Below, one piece after another: positions 1-9,744 of a stretch of 64,000 nucleotides of DNA. The DNA comes from Verrucomicrobiales bacterium (GTDB lineage: Bacteria; Verrucomicrobiota; Verrucomicrobiia; Verrucomicrobiales; SLCJ01), in NCBI GenBank assembly GCA_046075565.1, contig JBJTQJ010000030.1, positions 1 through 64,000 of the forward strand, in the 5' to 3' direction. The notes beneath the pieces are model-generated. The model was given only the letters and a program-made list of their open reading frames with translations, was not told the origin of the DNA and made no database searches. A program made the translations under genes and the position numbers. Position 1 is the stretch's first letter. Each line of letters begins with the position of its first letter.

Positions 1-41
1 GGATCACCAGCGTGACTCTCAGCGGCTTCCGCGACGGTTGA
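1..41 (+). CDS. 3' end of an upstream gene (partial; ...ITSVTLSGFRDG*), possibly ExbD-like
   Basis: Frame starting at nt 3 reads ITSVTLSGFRDG then TGA at 39-41. Only 12 codons are visible, so the identity is a guess from context (upstream of a large TPR gene). Confidence 0.25.
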   Translation, partial: ITSVTLSGFRDG

Positions 42-150
42 AAGCGAAGGCTCCCCACCTGACGCCCTGGCAAACGGGGTGTCGCCCGCGCCCGCCCACC
101 GCCATGGGCCGTAATTCCTTTTAACCCCGTAACCCGACCAGTTTTCTGCC

Positions 151-3100
151 ATGAACCGATTGTCCCTTACCACCATCGCCGCAGCCGCCGCCCTAGCGTT
201 TGCCGCCGCCACCAGCACCCCGCTCGTCGCCCAAGAAGGGCCAGATGCGGTTTTCGCCAAAGGGGTTGCATTCCTCCAGGCCAAGCAGTTCACCGAAGCC
301 CAGGATACCTTCGACGGCATGATCAGGCAGTTCGGCAAGGAAGCCGAAAAGGATTTCGGCCCACGTTTCGGTGCCGTCTATTACCACCGCGCACTTGCTT
401 TTCAGGGGCAGGGGAAATTCCAAGAAGCCTTCACGGATTTCGAGACCACGGCCACTCAGTTCGCCAACAAACCCGGCGTGGCGCAGATCAATCCCTACCA
501 AACCATCTCATTGCTCATGGCTGGGTTCGCCCAGATGCAGTCGAAAGAGCCCGACCACGAGAAAGCGATGGAGTATTTCAAGAAGTTCGAGCGCGCCATG
601 GCCACCAATCCGCCGGTCGCCGACAGGGATAATGTTGTTTACAACCGCGCCGCCCTGTGGGGCAACTCCGCCATCTGTGAGGCGAAAAACGGGAAGCCGA
701 GGAACGCTGCCGAATATTTCAAGAAGATCGTGACGGACGAAGGTGGCGCCGACCGCGCGAACAGGAACACCTTTGAAAAGACCCCGCAACTCGTGCTCAG
801 CGGGGCCGTGGAAATCGTGGAAGCCTTCGCGGCATCCAAGTCACCCGAGGATGCCGTGCAGTTTATTAATGAAAACGCGCTGTATCTGCGGGCCGACCCG
901 GGAATCCTCTATCATTTCGCCCCGAGGTTCCTCCAGATCGCTTCGGAGGCTACGAAGGAAGAACGCTTCGCCTTGGCCCTCGCCATCTACGCCATCATCC
1001 CGACTACCCGTGAGGCTTTGGAAGGGCTTGAGGCGGCCGCGCGCACGAAGGAGGCGGCTCCCAGCCTCGATGGGAAATTGTCCGCTTACGGTCAGCTAAT
1101 CAAGGATATTAAAGACAAGTTGGCCAAGGATGTGGCGGAGGGCACCCCGATCGACGCCTACGCCCTCGATGGCACGGCCCGGATTTTCCAGCTCAAGAAT
1201 AATTTCGAGGCGGTCTATGGTGTTTACCGCACCCTCGTCGCCCAATACCCGAAATCGAAGCTCCGTCCCGAGATTCTCTACTCCGTGGCGCTCGCCGCTT
1301 CCGTTACCAGCCGGCTCGATGAGACGCAAAAGTATGGGGAGATGTTTATCAAGGAATTCCCCGCCCATGAACTGCGCCCGCGGGTCGAGGAGCTGATGAT
1401 CGAAGGCATGTTCTGGGCCGGCAGGTATGAAGATGCCTTGAGGATCGCCAGCACGCTCACACCGGCACCCGGCTCGAAGGCGGCGGACCTCGCGGAATTC
1501 GTCATCGGAGGATCGAATTACTTCCTCGGTCGTTACACCGAGGCGGAGCCCCAGCTCAAGAAACATGTGGAGACCTTCAAGGAATCCTCGAACCGCGAGG
1601 CGGCACGTTTTTACGAGGCCGACAACCTCGCGCGTTTGAATCGTTTCACCGACGCCGGAACGAAGCTCGACGATTTTCTGCGCGACTATCCCGACAGTTC
1701 GATGCTCGACCTGGCGCTCTATTCACGCGCCAATGTCCACTACAACCTCGATCAGAATGAACCGGCCGTGAGCCGCCTGAACCAGTTCCTGACCAAGCGG
1801 CCGTTTTCCGGACTGCGCGATCAAGCCCAGAACCTTTTCGGGAATGTCTTCGAATCCCAGAGCAAGCCGAACGAAGCGGAGGAGTCCTACCGCAAGGCCA
1901 AGGAGACGGCCGAGTCCCTCGGCCATGACAGTGTCTCCGCCGAAAGTATCGTCTTTCTCATGGGGCTCCTCGGAGGAGAGGAAGACCGCGCCTCCGATGT
2001 GGCCGCCCTCTACGACGAGTTCTTCCAGAAGTATCCGGAGAACCCCAACCGCGCCAAGGCCGCGGTCATCCCCCTCAGGGCGCTCGAGAAGGTGAACCGC
2101 ATTCCCGACGGCCTCAAACGTCTCGAGGAAATCATCGCCGCCTTCGGTAACAACATCGAGGCCGTCGGTCTCGAAGATGCCATCGTTTCTTATGTGACCT
2201 ACGCGGAAAAAGGTGGCATGAGCCTGCAGCAGCTTCGTGACAAACTCTACAACTTCCCCGGCCTTCCTGCCGATGCCGATGTTGCCCGTCCACGTTTGCG
2301 TATGGCGCTCATCGATCTCTACGAGAAGAAAATCCGCGAGGAAAAAGACGACGACAAACGGGCCAACCTGCAGGGTGAGATCGAGGCGCTTTTCAACGCG
2401 CTTCGCCGGGATTTTCCCATGGAGAAGTTGTCGAACTACGTGCTGAACCGTATCGGCGATAACCTCCTGCGCAACGGTCGCGGCGATATGGCCGAGGAAT
2501 ACTTCAACCAGGTGCTGAAGACCCCCGATGTGAGTTTCAAGGACAAGGCCATGTTCAACCTCGCGGTCATCTACGGCGAGTCGGAACAGAAGGCCCAACC
2601 GGAGAAGGCCATCGAGTTGCTCGACAAACTGGTGGCGGATTTCGGATCCGAACCCGGTCTCAAGGAGAAGGTCGCCCGCCAAAAAGCCATCACCTATGAG
2701 TTGGCCGGCAAGTGGGACAAGGTGAGCGAGGCATGGCTTTTCTATCTCAAGAACAAGGCGTGGACACGTTTCCAAACCGAAGCCTACTATCATCGTGCTT
2801 ACGCCCAGGAAAAGATGGGGCTCTGGGACGATGCCCTGGTGAACTACGCGCAGGGACCGGTGCTCGACCCGGGCAACCTGCTCTATTCTTCACCTTCCTT
2901 CCTCCGTTTCGCGGAGATTCAATACAAGGAGAAGAACCGCCGCCAGGAAGGCTATGAGTCCCTGCGCAAGATGATGAAGCTCATCGGCCATCTCGAGGAA
3001 GCGGAAGCGAAGATGCTCCGTGACGATGTGCCCAAGCTTTCCGCCACCGAGCGCCGCCGCCTCGGGGACCGTCTCAAGACCAATTTCGTCGCCAAGGGAC

Positions 3101-3462
3101 GCGAAACGCTTGCCGGTTGGGAGGCCGCCGGTGGGATCAATGTCATCGTCGATGCTCCCAAAGACAAAAAGACCCGCCGAACTCTTCTTTCCCACGACCA
3201 TGAAAGCCACCTTTTCCTTTTGCCTGCTTCTGGCCGCCATCTCTTCCTTGCCCGCGCAGCAGCGCCCGGGGGGAGGCGGAGATCGTCTCGATCCCGCCGA
3301 AGATGTCGTCAATCTGAACCTCCCGCCCTCATTCCAAGCCAGCATTCTGCGCGAGAAAGACGGAAAGACGATTCCACTGAACGGGGTCTTTCTTTTCAAG
3401 ATGGATGCCGGCCGCATTATCTTCGCGAACAATGCCGAAGGCGCCCGCTTCGAGGCCCTTGA
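151..3462 (+). CDS. Large secreted tetratricopeptide-repeat protein (BamD/CpoB-like TPR repeats); true end probably near 3170-3180
   Basis: Signal peptide MNRLSLTTIAAAAALAFAAA and many TPR helices with FP/YP turns (YPKSK, FPAHE, YPDSS, YPENP). The last ~95 codons look non-coding and overlap the next gene. Confidence 0.8.
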   Translation: MNRLSLTTIAAAAALAFAAATSTPLVAQEGPDAVFAKGVAFLQAKQFTEAQDTFDGMIRQFGKEAEKDFGPRFGAVYYHRALAFQGQGKFQEAFTDFETTATQFANKPGVAQINPYQTISLLMAGFAQMQSKEPDHEKAMEYFKKFERAMATNPPVADRDNVVYNRAALWGNSAICEAKNGKPRNAAEYFKKIVTDEGGADRANRNTFEKTPQLVLSGAVEIVEAFAASKSPEDAVQFINENALYLRADPGILYHFAPRFLQIASEATKEERFALALAIYAIIPTTREALEGLEAAARTKEAAPSLDGKLSAYGQLIKDIKDKLAKDVAEGTPIDAYALDGTARIFQLKNNFEAVYGVYRTLVAQYPKSKLRPEILYSVALAASVTSRLDETQKYGEMFIKEFPAHELRPRVEELMIEGMFWAGRYEDALRIASTLTPAPGSKAADLAEFVIGGSNYFLGRYTEAEPQLKKHVETFKESSNREAARFYEADNLARLNRFTDAGTKLDDFLRDYPDSSMLDLALYSRANVHYNLDQNEPAVSRLNQFLTKRPFSGLRDQAQNLFGNVFESQSKPNEAEESYRKAKETAESLGHDSVSAESIVFLMGLLGGEEDRASDVAALYDEFFQKYPENPNRAKAAVIPLRALEKVNRIPDGLKRLEEIIAAFGNNIEAVGLEDAIVSYVTYAEKGGMSLQQLRDKLYNFPGLPADADVARPRLRMALIDLYEKKIREEKDDDKRANLQGEIEALFNALRRDFPMEKLSNYVLNRIGDNLLRNGRGDMAEEYFNQVLKTPDVSFKDKAMFNLAVIYGESEQKAQPEKAIELLDKLVADFGSEPGLKEKVARQKAITYELAGKWDKVSEAWLFYLKNKAWTRFQTEAYYHRAYAQEKMGLWDDALVNYAQGPVLDPGNLLYSSPSFLRFAEIQYKEKNRRQEGYESLRKMMKLIGHLEEAEAKMLRDDVPKLSATERRRLGDRLKTNFVAKGRETLAGWEAAGGINVIVDAPKDKKTRRTLLSHDHESHLFLLPASGRHLFLARAAAPGGRRRSSRSRRRCRQSEPPALIPSQHSARERRKDDSTERGLSFQDGCRPHYLREQCRRRPLRGP

Positions 3463-4258
3463 ACCGGCCACCATCAAATTCATGGCCCTTGACCTGCCGG
3501 GTGATCTCCAGCAGGCGCTGGATTCCTACCATCGCGGTGATTATACCGCCGCCCTCCCGCAATTGGAAAAGGCCATTGCCCGCTACACGCCGCTCCGCGC
3601 GGTTCCGGGCTCGCCGGTGGCGCGCGCCGAGATCTACCGTCTCGACTGCCTGCGCCGGACCAAGAAGTTCGACGTGCTGCGGGATGCGCTCACCACCGCG
3701 AAACCGGAAAACTATGATGACTTCGGCAAGGGCTACCTGATGGTGCTTCCCGCCTGGGATGCCCGCAGCACCCGTGATTGGCGGAGGATCGAAGTCCTCA
3801 CGCGAGATCTGGATAACGTGGCAGCCGGGACAACCGCGGCGGAGCTCGCGTTCTTGCGCGGCGAGGCTCTGGCCAAGCTCGATCGCAAACCGGAAGCCCT
3901 CGCCGAGTATCACCGGGCCATGATCATGGATTTCACGCGCAGCCGTGAGCTCTTCGGTGATGCCGCGCTCGCCGCACTCGAAGTTTACAATGAGGATCCG
4001 CAGGTGAAAGATTACTTCGAGCGCTTCGGTAGCCCGGACTTCAATCCGGAGGCCGGATATGTGATTCCCACCAAAGCCGCGGCCAGTCTCGCATGGATGG
4101 TCAGCACGCTCAAACCGGGCGGACGCACTTTGAGCTCTTCTCATCAGAAGTTCCTCGAGGCCTACGAGAATTTCCAAAAGAGCGAGTCGAAGGGCGGTGG
4201 GGATAAACCCGCCGACGCTCCTGAGGCTGACGCTCCGGCGACTCCCCCGGCGGAGTGA
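3200..4258 (+). CDS. Secreted TPR-like hypothetical protein
   Basis: ATG at 3200 is in the frame of ORF 3020..4258 and gives the signal peptide MKATFSFCLLLAAISSLPA. Helical TPR-like segments and a Pro/Ala-rich tail. Confidence 0.7.
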   Translation: MKATFSFCLLLAAISSLPAQQRPGGGGDRLDPAEDVVNLNLPPSFQASILREKDGKTIPLNGVFLFKMDAGRIIFANNAEGARFEALEPATIKFMALDLPGDLQQALDSYHRGDYTAALPQLEKAIARYTPLRAVPGSPVARAEIYRLDCLRRTKKFDVLRDALTTAKPENYDDFGKGYLMVLPAWDARSTRDWRRIEVLTRDLDNVAAGTTAAELAFLRGEALAKLDRKPEALAEYHRAMIMDFTRSRELFGDAALAALEVYNEDPQVKDYFERFGSPDFNPEAGYVIPTKAAASLAWMVSTLKPGGRTLSSSHQKFLEAYENFQKSESKGGGDKPADAPEADAPATPPAE

Positions 4259-4342
4259 TTCAGGGGGCGCGGATCGGAGGAAATCCGTCTATTTTTCTGA
4301 TTCCCGGCGTTGATTCCGGCGCGTATCTAGGCATGTTCCGCC

Positions 4343-7207
4343 ATGTCAGATTTTTCCGCTCCTGATGCTTTCGTTCGCCGCCATATTGGTCCTGTAGGTG
4401 CCGACCGTCAATCGATGCTCGGTTCGCTTGGTTTCAACTCTCTTGATGCGCTGGTCGATGCCGTGGTTCCTCCGGGGATCCGATCAAAAGGAGCATTGGA
4501 CCTGCCGTCGGCACGCTCGGAATTCGATGCCCTCGGCGACCTGCGCGACATCATGCGCAAGAACCGCGTTTACCGTTCGCTCATCGGGCTGGGTTACCAC
4601 GACACCATCACTCCCGGTGTCATCCAGCGGAACATCCTTGAGAATCCGGGATGGTATACCGCCTACACCCCTTATCAGGCGGAAATCGCCCAAGGGCGTC
4701 TGGAAGCTCTCCTGAACTTCCAGACCATGATCACCGACCTCACCGGGCTGGACGTCTCCAACGCGTCTTTGCTCGATGAAGGAACGGCCGCCGCCGAGGC
4801 CATGACCCTCTGCCTCGGGTCCGCCAGGGGAGGAAAAACCATCTTTGTCGCTGATTCCTGCCATCCTCAGACCATCGAGGTCGTGCGCACGCGCGCGGAA
4901 CCCCTCGGGATCGATGTCGTAACCGGCGATTGGAAAGCCACCGACCCAGCCGATATTCCCGGGTTGTTCGCCGTGCTGGTGCAATACCTGGACACTTTCG
5001 GAGGGGTAGGGGACTACCGCCCGTTCATTCAGGCCACCCAAGCCGCGGGAGCGCGCGTGATCATGGCCGCCGATCTTCTTTCGCTGACCGTGCTCGCGTC
5101 GCCGGGCGAACTGGGCGCCGATGTTGCCGTGGGCAATTCCCAACGATTCGGGGTTCCTCCCGGCTTCGGTGGCCCCCATGCCGCCTTCATGGCTTGCAAA
5201 GATGATTTGAAACGGAAAATGCCGGGCCGTTTGATTGGCGTGAGCGTGGACAGCCAAGGCCAACCGGCCTGCCGCTTGTCCCTGCAGACCCGCGAGCAAC
5301 ACATCCGCCGGGACAAGGCCACGAGCAACATCTGCACCGCCCAGGTCCTGCTCGCCGTCATGGCCAGCATGTATGCCGTCTATCATGGCCCCGAGGGACT
5401 GAAGCACATCGCCTTGCGTATCCATGGTTTGGCCGCACTCCTGCGCGAGCGTCTTGCCGCCGCCGGATTCGCCACTCTCAACGATACATTTTTCGATACG
5501 CTCACTGTCCGTTGCCCCGGTCAGGCAAAGGCCATTCTCGAAACCGCTCTTGCCGAGGGTATCAATTTGCGCGAACTCGACGACGACCATCTGGGCATCG
5601 CCCTCGATGAAAAATCCAGTCTCCGCGAGGTCGGTGCGATTCTCGAAATCTTCGGCGTGGAAGTGAATGGCAGCCTTCCCTCCGCGACGACAGCTTTGCC
5701 CGTATCCCTGCCCGCCGGTCTCGGGCGCTCCTCGTCGTATTTGCAACATCCGGTTTTCAACCGCTACCACAGCGAGACGGAGATGCTGCGTTACATTTCG
5801 CGCCTCGAGGCCCGCGACCTCGCTCTAAACGAGAGCATGATTGCCTTGGGATCGTGCACCATGAAACTCAATGCAACTTCGGAGATGATTCCCGTTACCT
5901 GGCCGGAAGTGGGAGGCATTCATCCCTTTGTCCCGCTGGATCAGGCGGAAGGTTATCTGGAAATGTTCCAGCAACTGAGCGAGTGGCTGGCCGAGATCAC
6001 CGGGTTTGCCGCTGTTTCGTTGCAACCGAATGCCGGATCGCAGGGAGAATACGCCGGTTTGTTAGCCATCCGCCGCTATCATCTCGCCCGTGGGGATGCC
6101 CACCGCGACATTTGCCTCATCCCGACCTCCGCCCACGGCACCAACCCGGCCAGCGCCGTCATGGTGGGGATGAAAGTCGTTCCCGTTGCCTGCGATGACC
6201 AAGGGAATATCGACGTGGCCGATCTCGAAGCCAAGGCCGCCCAGCACGCCGACCGGTTGTCCGCCCTCATGGTGACGTATCCTTCGACCCATGGCGTCTT
6301 CGAGAGATCGATCGTCCGTATCTGCGAAATCATCCACGCCAAAGGAGGCCAGGTTTACATGGACGGCGCGAACATGAACGCGCAAGTCGGGCTCACCAGC
6401 CCCGGCCGTATCGGGGCCGATGTTTGCCACTTGAACCTGCACAAGACTTTCTGCATCCCGCACGGCGGGGGTGGTCCGGGTGTCGGCCCGATTGGCGTGG
6501 CCGCCCACCTTGTCCCTTATCTTCCCGGCCATGGATTCCTTGGCGAAAGTGATCAGGGAGCGGTTGCCTCCGCGCCCTGGGGTTCGGCCAGCATCAACGT
6601 GATTAGCTGGATGTATATCGCCATGATGGGACCCGATGGGCTGCGCGACGCGAGTGCGGTTGCGATTCTCAACGCGAATTATGTGGCCAAACGCCTCGAC
6701 GCCTGCTTCCCCGTGCTCTACAAGGGAGCATCCGGCCTCGTCGCCCACGAATGTATTATCGACCTGCGCCGTTACCTCGATTCGGCCGGCGTGACCGTCG
6801 AAGATGTGGCCAAGCGGCTCATGGACTACGGTTACCATGCGCCAACCATGTCGTGGCCGGTCGCCGGCACACTCATGATCGAGCCCACGGAAAGTGAATC
6901 CATGGCCGAACTCGACCGCTTCTGCGACGCGCTCATCTCCATCCACGGGGAAATCCGTGCCATCGAAACCGGAGAAAGCGACCGCGCCGACAATCCGCTC
7001 AAGAATGCCCCGCACACCGCGCGTATGGTTTGTGGTGATACATGGAACCACCCGTATTCACGCGAGCAAGCCGCCTTCCCGGATGCCCACACCCGCCGCC
7101 ACAAATTCTGGCCATTCGTCGGACGCATCGACAACGTGCATGGAGATCGCAATCTCGTCTGCACCTGCGCCCCGATGGAGGACTACGCCGAACCTGCCAG
7201 GGTTTGA
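4343..7207 (+). CDS. gcvP: Glycine dehydrogenase (aminomethyl-transferring), glycine cleavage P protein
   Basis: 954 aa with motifs [38 protein letters not shown] lysine in [16 protein letters not shown] and terminal DRNLVCTC. Confidence 0.98.
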   Translation: MSDFSAPDAFVRRHIGPVGADRQSMLGSLGFNSLDALVDAVVPPGIRSKGALDLPSARSEFDALGDLRDIMRKNRVYRSLIGLGYHDTITPGVIQRNILENPGWYTAYTPYQAEIAQGRLEALLNFQTMITDLTGLDVSNASLLDEGTAAAEAMTLCLGSARGGKTIFVADSCHPQTIEVVRTRAEPLGIDVVTGDWKATDPADIPGLFAVLVQYLDTFGGVGDYRPFIQATQAAGARVIMAADLLSLTVLASPGELGADVAVGNSQRFGVPPGFGGPHAAFMACKDDLKRKMPGRLIGVSVDSQGQPACRLSLQTREQHIRRDKATSNICTAQVLLAVMASMYAVYHGPEGLKHIALRIHGLAALLRERLAAAGFATLNDTFFDTLTVRCPGQAKAILETALAEGINLRELDDDHLGIALDEKSSLREVGAILEIFGVEVNGSLPSATTALPVSLPAGLGRSSSYLQHPVFNRYHSETEMLRYISRLEARDLALNESMIALGSCTMKLNATSEMIPVTWPEVGGIHPFVPLDQAEGYLEMFQQLSEWLAEITGFAAVSLQPNAGSQGEYAGLLAIRRYHLARGDAHRDICLIPTSAHGTNPASAVMVGMKVVPVACDDQGNIDVADLEAKAAQHADRLSALMVTYPSTHGVFERSIVRICEIIHAKGGQVYMDGANMNAQVGLTSPGRIGADVCHLNLHKTFCIPHGGGGPGVGPIGVAAHLVPYLPGHGFLGESDQGAVASAPWGSASINVISWMYIAMMGPDGLRDASAVAILNANYVAKRLDACFPVLYKGASGLVAHECIIDLRRYLDSAGVTVEDVAKRLMDYGYHAPTMSWPVAGTLMIEPTESESMAELDRFCDALISIHGEIRAIETGESDRADNPLKNAPHTARMVCGDTWNHPYSREQAAFPDAHTRRHKFWPFVGRIDNVHGDRNLVCTCAPMEDYAEPARV

Positions 7208-7273
7208 GCGAGTGGCCCGGTTCGGGGCGGTAAATGGACGGTAGTCGCCTTCCCAATGAATTGGGAGAGCCGA

Positions 7274-8356
7274 TTACTTTCCGATGCCCCGCAGTTGCCC
7301 GATCTCGCGCAAGCGCTGGACGGTGGCCGCCGGCAGTCTTCCAGACTTATCCGGTCCGACATTCAGGAGGTAGTTGGCCCGGCGAGCATTGCTCAATTCC
7401 AACATGGCCAGCACATCCTTGGCTGATTTGAGGTTGGACGCGTTTTCCTTCGATGTCCAGAACCAACCCGGGCCAAGAACATCGCAGACTTCCGCCGGGA
7501 ATGTATTCCCTTCTGGCGGGAGGACGACTTATGCTCCGGTGGCCTTCAGGTAGGGATATTCGTAGCTGTGGATGTCGGTCTTCTCGAAGTCGAGACTGTT
7601 GTTGGCGATGAGCACACAATCCGGCTGGAGACCCTTGATGTGTTTCCGGATTTCCGGCCAGTCCTTCCCGGTATAGCGGTTGCTATATTGGTCGATCCAG
7701 AGCACATCAATCGGACCGTAATCGGTCAGCAACTCGGTCATCTGTTTCTTGATGAAACCCGTGAAGTCTCCCTCGGCCTCGGGCGGAAGACCGTGGAGTT
7801 TCTCTTCCTCGCCTTTGGGCAGGTGGCGCTTGGCGAAACCGCCCGGGAAACAATAATAGAGGCCGACCTTGATGCCGTTTTTCCGGCAGGAATCGACGAA
7901 TTCGCGCACGATATCACCCTTGCCGCCTTTGTAATTCTTGAAACCGGTAATGTCGTGGGTGGTGTGTTTGCTGTCCCATAGGCAAAATCTGCAGGTATGT
8001 TTCACGGTGAGAACGGCGTATTTCATGCCCGCCGCTTTCGCGCCTTCCATCTATTGATCGCAGTCGAATTGATCCGGGGCAAAGCTCAATGGATCTTCGG
8101 TGCCGGTGGCCCACTGCCTTTCGTGATAGGTCGCCATGTTGAAGTGGAGGAACATGCCGAACTTCCAGTCCACGAATTCTTCCTGACGAGGGGTGGATTT
8201 GAAAGCGGGTTGGTCGGTCTGCTGGGCGGACACCGGGGCACCACTGAAAACCGCGGCGAGAAGGGCGAGCCCGATGCCTTTGCCTGCAAACTTACCGAAA
8301 GCGTGGTTTTGCCAGACACGGGCGGGGCAAGGAACATAGAAAGCGTTGTCTTTCAT
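7274..8356 (-). pseudogene. GH29 alpha-L-fucosidase interrupted by two in-frame stops
   Basis: One frame reads: signal peptide, WKFGMFLHF, FDCDQ[TAG 8051-8053]MEGAKAAGMKYAVLTVKH, VLWIDQ (nucleophile Asp), YLKATGA[TAA 7529-7531]VVLPPEGNTFPAEVCDVLGPGWFW, NYLLNVGPDKSGRLP, RLREIG, with a final TAA at 7274-7276. I translated the tail by hand. Confidence 0.85.
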
Positions 8357-8435
8357 GGTGAGAGGATACGGAGCAAACCGTGCCGGTCTTGCAATGAGGG
8401 GGTTGACGGGTGAGCGGAGGGACGGAGCTTGCTGA

Positions 8436-8460
8436 TGTGACGAAATTGTGACTATTTCGT
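8436..8460. promoter_or_regulatory. Pho-box-like 11-bp-spaced direct repeat overlapping a 7-bp inverted repeat
   Basis: TGTGAC at 8436-8441 and 8447-8452 (GTCACA-N5-GTCACA on the - strand). ACGAAAT/ATTTCGT inverted pair at 8440-8446 and 8454-8460. Confidence 0.45.
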
Positions 8461-8514
8461 GCATGTTAGACATTGGAAATCGAATATATTTTCCATAGCG
8501 AAAGCCACCCGTTC

Positions 8515-9351
8515 ATGACAAAAATTAAAATCCGCTGCAAGTCGGTCATCCTCTCAGATATCCATCTGGGCACCCCCGATGCGAAGGCTGAGCAGGCGAC
8601 CCGATTCCTCAAGCACATCCGTTGCGAGAAATTGATTCTGAACGGAGACATCATCGACGGGTGGTATCTGAAGCGCAAGTCAGCGTGGGAGCATTCCCAC
8701 ACACGGTTCCTCCGGCATGTGCTAAAAATGATCGAAAAGCAGGGGACGGAAGTGATTTACCTTCGTGGCAATCACGATGACGTGCTCGACCGCTTCGTGC
8801 CCATTCAGTTTCCCGGCCTGACGGTCAAGACCGAACACATTCACCCGACCGCACGCGGGGACTACCTGATCATCCACGGGGATGGCTTCGATAGTGTGAC
8901 GACCAACTACCGCTGGCTTGCCTGGATGGGGGCTTTCGGATACGACTTTCTTCTCCGACTCAACCGGGCCTACAACCGCTGGCGTGCTTGGCGGGGCAAG
9001 GAATACTTCTCCATCAGCAAAGTGATCAAGGCCAAGGTGAAGGGCGCAGTAAGTTTCGTGGGAAAATACGAGGAGCAACTTCAGGAATTCGCGCGGAAAC
9101 GGAATTGCAATGGCATCATTTGCGGTCACATCCATGCGCCGGAGGACAAACGCATCGGCGATGTCCATTACCTGAACAGCGGCGACTGGGTGGAGTCTCT
9201 CACCGCCATCATCGAGTGGGAGAGTGGGCAATTCCAACTGCTGCACTACTCCGATTTCCAATCCATGCTCGAACAGGAGCAGGAGCGCCGCCGATTGAAG
9301 GCGGCAGCGAGTGGTCCGCGGAAAGAGGAAGAGCTCGCCGCGGTCGTTTGA
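8515..9351 (+). CDS. Calcineurin-like metallophosphoesterase, PlcP-type phospholipase C / UDP-2,3-diacylglucosamine diphosphatase (LpxH-like) family
   Basis: Motifs SDIHLG, GDIIDGW, GNHD, HGDGFD, KAKVKGAVSF, CGHIH and NSGDWVESLTA. Confidence 0.88.
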   Translation: MTKIKIRCKSVILSDIHLGTPDAKAEQATRFLKHIRCEKLILNGDIIDGWYLKRKSAWEHSHTRFLRHVLKMIEKQGTEVIYLRGNHDDVLDRFVPIQFPGLTVKTEHIHPTARGDYLIIHGDGFDSVTTNYRWLAWMGAFGYDFLLRLNRAYNRWRAWRGKEYFSISKVIKAKVKGAVSFVGKYEEQLQEFARKRNCNGIICGHIHAPEDKRIGDVHYLNSGDWVESLTAIIEWESGQFQLLHYSDFQSMLEQEQERRRLKAAASGPRKEEELAAVV

Positions 9352-9410
9352 CCCTATGTTCTTTACGTAGCACAAGTATTGATGATTGGCTCCATCGCCT
9401 AGGCCCTGAG

Positions 9411-9513
9411 GGGCAAGAGCGAGACGCTCTTGCTACGTTTGGCACAGCAGACCAAAGGGATTTCGCCTGCTGGCATCCACCGGATTCGTAGCAAGACCGT
9501 CCCGGTCTTGCCC
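9411..9513. repeat. Inverted doublet of GTAG-type REP palindromes (REPIN-like)
   Basis: 9411-9437 GGGCAAGAGCGAGACGCTCTTGCTACG and 9487-9513 CGTAGCAAGACCGTCCCGGTCTTGCCC are near reverse complements. Each is a GTAG tag overlapping a 9-bp stem with a 3-nt loop. Confidence 0.75.
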
Positions 9514-9744
9514 TGAAAGCTGGGTTCCATACATTGCATCTGCCGTTAAGTGAAGGCTATGGCGTTTGACGTGAATGGTCTCGCTCTCCTCATATGTGTG
9601 GCGCTCCCATAGTTTTCCCTAGGGTTGCCAGTGGAGCACGCGTAGTCACAAGCATTCGCTTTCCATAGGAATGGTCCAGCGGACATTGGGCTTTGGGAAA
9701 GAAGGCGGGGTTGCCATTCATCGGAAGCTCCGCCATTTTTCCGG

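Noticed and set aside
4259..4342. Glycine riboswitch upstream of gcvP
   Set aside because: The gap is only 84 nt, lacks recognisable aptamer motifs, and a promoter-like element sits immediately before the ATG.
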